Below the pieces are notes generated by a model, which had not been told where the DNA came from, did no database searches, and saw only the letters and a program-made list of their open reading frames with translations. Shown in pieces: positions 63,901 to 64,000 of a stretch of DNA of 64,000 bases. The translations under genes were made by a program, and so were the position numbers. This DNA comes from an uncultured Haliangium sp. (GTDB lineage: Bacteria > Myxococcota_A > Polyangia > HGW-17). How positions within the stretch are numbered: position 1 is the stretch's first letter; every line of letters starts with the position of its first letter. The stretch is taken from contig CAZRPN010000008.1 of NCBI GenBank assembly GCA_964601905.1, positions 87 to 64,086 of the forward strand, written 5' to 3'.

Positions 63901-64000
63901 GCGGTCACCATCCCGCCAGGCGGTCCCACCGGAAGCCGGAGCGGGACGGGAGAAATGCTGTCGTCCGAGCAGCGGGATCGGATCGGCCTGCGTGAAGGTC
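60979..64000 (-). CDS. large (>1000 aa) hypothetical protein, 5-prime partial (frame open to window end); helical N-terminal region, C-terminal part possibly DUF3857/transglutaminase-like
   Basis: Manual translation upstream of the TTG at 63816 shows no stop codon up to nt 64000. The family assignment is weak, and I could not locate a clear Cys-His-Asp core. Confidence 0.7.
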   Translation of the reverse strand, partial: TFTQADPIPLLGRQHFSRPAPASGGTAWRDGDRLISRSGHPERVSLTLPLSCASPGPILLELRPQGPASVRLEGLIEAESARTPGVEGGLWRLPLPAFTGNRDLVISLVATSRSGHPRIRLVPSSLCSLGVDPVPPATISNRLPPWLTPFSGLVDAALGAEAGSYSGPREALALLISRNSSLVFARAVLTRAILADPTLLPETARRLALLQTATRADDGWSLSEQARMDEADGHPERALEKLGRLTSAWAIVERARLALETGLPAPGPPLAGLLASSGHHRVFLTAAAAVLRTDPRLALARLKPALTLRPDLPDLLQYHLQMRQFSEALVEGRRLATEGFAYETLFSALSAACLGLRDLECALHWTDRQLDDEPGSESAFLRRLDVRTAMGHDPAGLFQELAGHVRRFPTHRDALLLYWTSPHFRPAPLPDLKALLDLNWGGGAPAVFLLNREEQYLSESGGGFVRVTRWVRLNTPVAVEELGELELPEDAIVLDVSTLKSDGSVYPPSSTPQKSSFSLRNLEPGDIVSFSYLRVIPPVPGLPGRTWGHRFHFSHRAFPTVLSEWIVHAPAGLPLVLRPDGPLPEIRRTADPEGVHLQISAWTRERLPAELRMARYVSPSIQVHAGFTQRDLFALLAEETPWPDWDSLELAQLARQLCPRKGPSCVADTARWVLDRIRDDRSVTRPAHILQRRAGSRIHLLHALLRHQGTTVRMLLARASRLEGEPTVDPGPIAWPDPDEFPIWLLEVPGFGFIDMRFPHLPPGQMVPATGGSEAVVLSDSPATVRLSAAPPQTRLLQVRARLAPDRSARIEVFETSRGFHAVQKLEQFVSLSPGALREQIQVDSLQRYFPGSHLVQLDWKRPPPDRDELVASYVFSAPSVCAVADGSTLEMRRFPFPWNLRRRFGVFLPRTTDFLPNAMPDTKLEMTIEPPAGMRIESAPDLNLESEFGRLHRRLVPGPGRSARLILEKSIRQRVVPVSNWKAFSAFVQLFDEYETLPVVLVPVN

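Overview
High-GC (about two-thirds G+C by eye) bacterial chromosome segment, most likely Myxococcota. The lineage call rests on an mglB-mglA pair, PEGA-domain and STAND-type Hanks kinases, CGDG/CDG Cys-rich repeats and a MYXO-CTERM-like Cys sorting tag. I call about 55 protein-coding genes. Housekeeping genes are gyrB (partial), argF, a PFK, smpB, gcvT-gcvH-gcvPA-gcvPB, queC, nadC and ileS. They are interleaved with envelope and signalling genes: two Ser/Thr kinases, a PP2C phosphatase, a cNMP-binding protein, PAS and DksA-like proteins, two CPBP intramembrane proteases, many lipoproteins and HEAT-repeat secreted proteins. I saw no rRNA, tRNA, CRISPR array, transposase or integrase. The observations I rate highest are these. 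(1) A 150-200 bp quasi-palindromic repeat element with internal 20-bp purine-rich tandem repeats occurs three times, each time abutting the 3-prime end of a co-oriented gene; two direct copies bracket a single kinase-STAND-TPR gene. (2) A low-GC locus (10.6-14.1 kb) has a MYXO-CTERM-like C-terminal sorting tag in the middle of a 927-codon ORF, running without a stop codon into a lipoprotein signal peptide; the same locus has a +1 frame switch upstream. (3) Two translationally coupled minus-strand operons combine secreted HEAT-repeat proteins with cytoplasmic signalling proteins. One contains an intact CPBP protease and nadC; the other sits divergently next to mglBA. (4) An in-frame 21-bp tandem repeat lies inside the QueC zinc-binding loop. 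Several clean operator and promoter motifs were also found. All calls come from reading the sequence and ORF translations by eye. Start codons were chosen from RBS spacing and signal-peptide logic. No database search was run.
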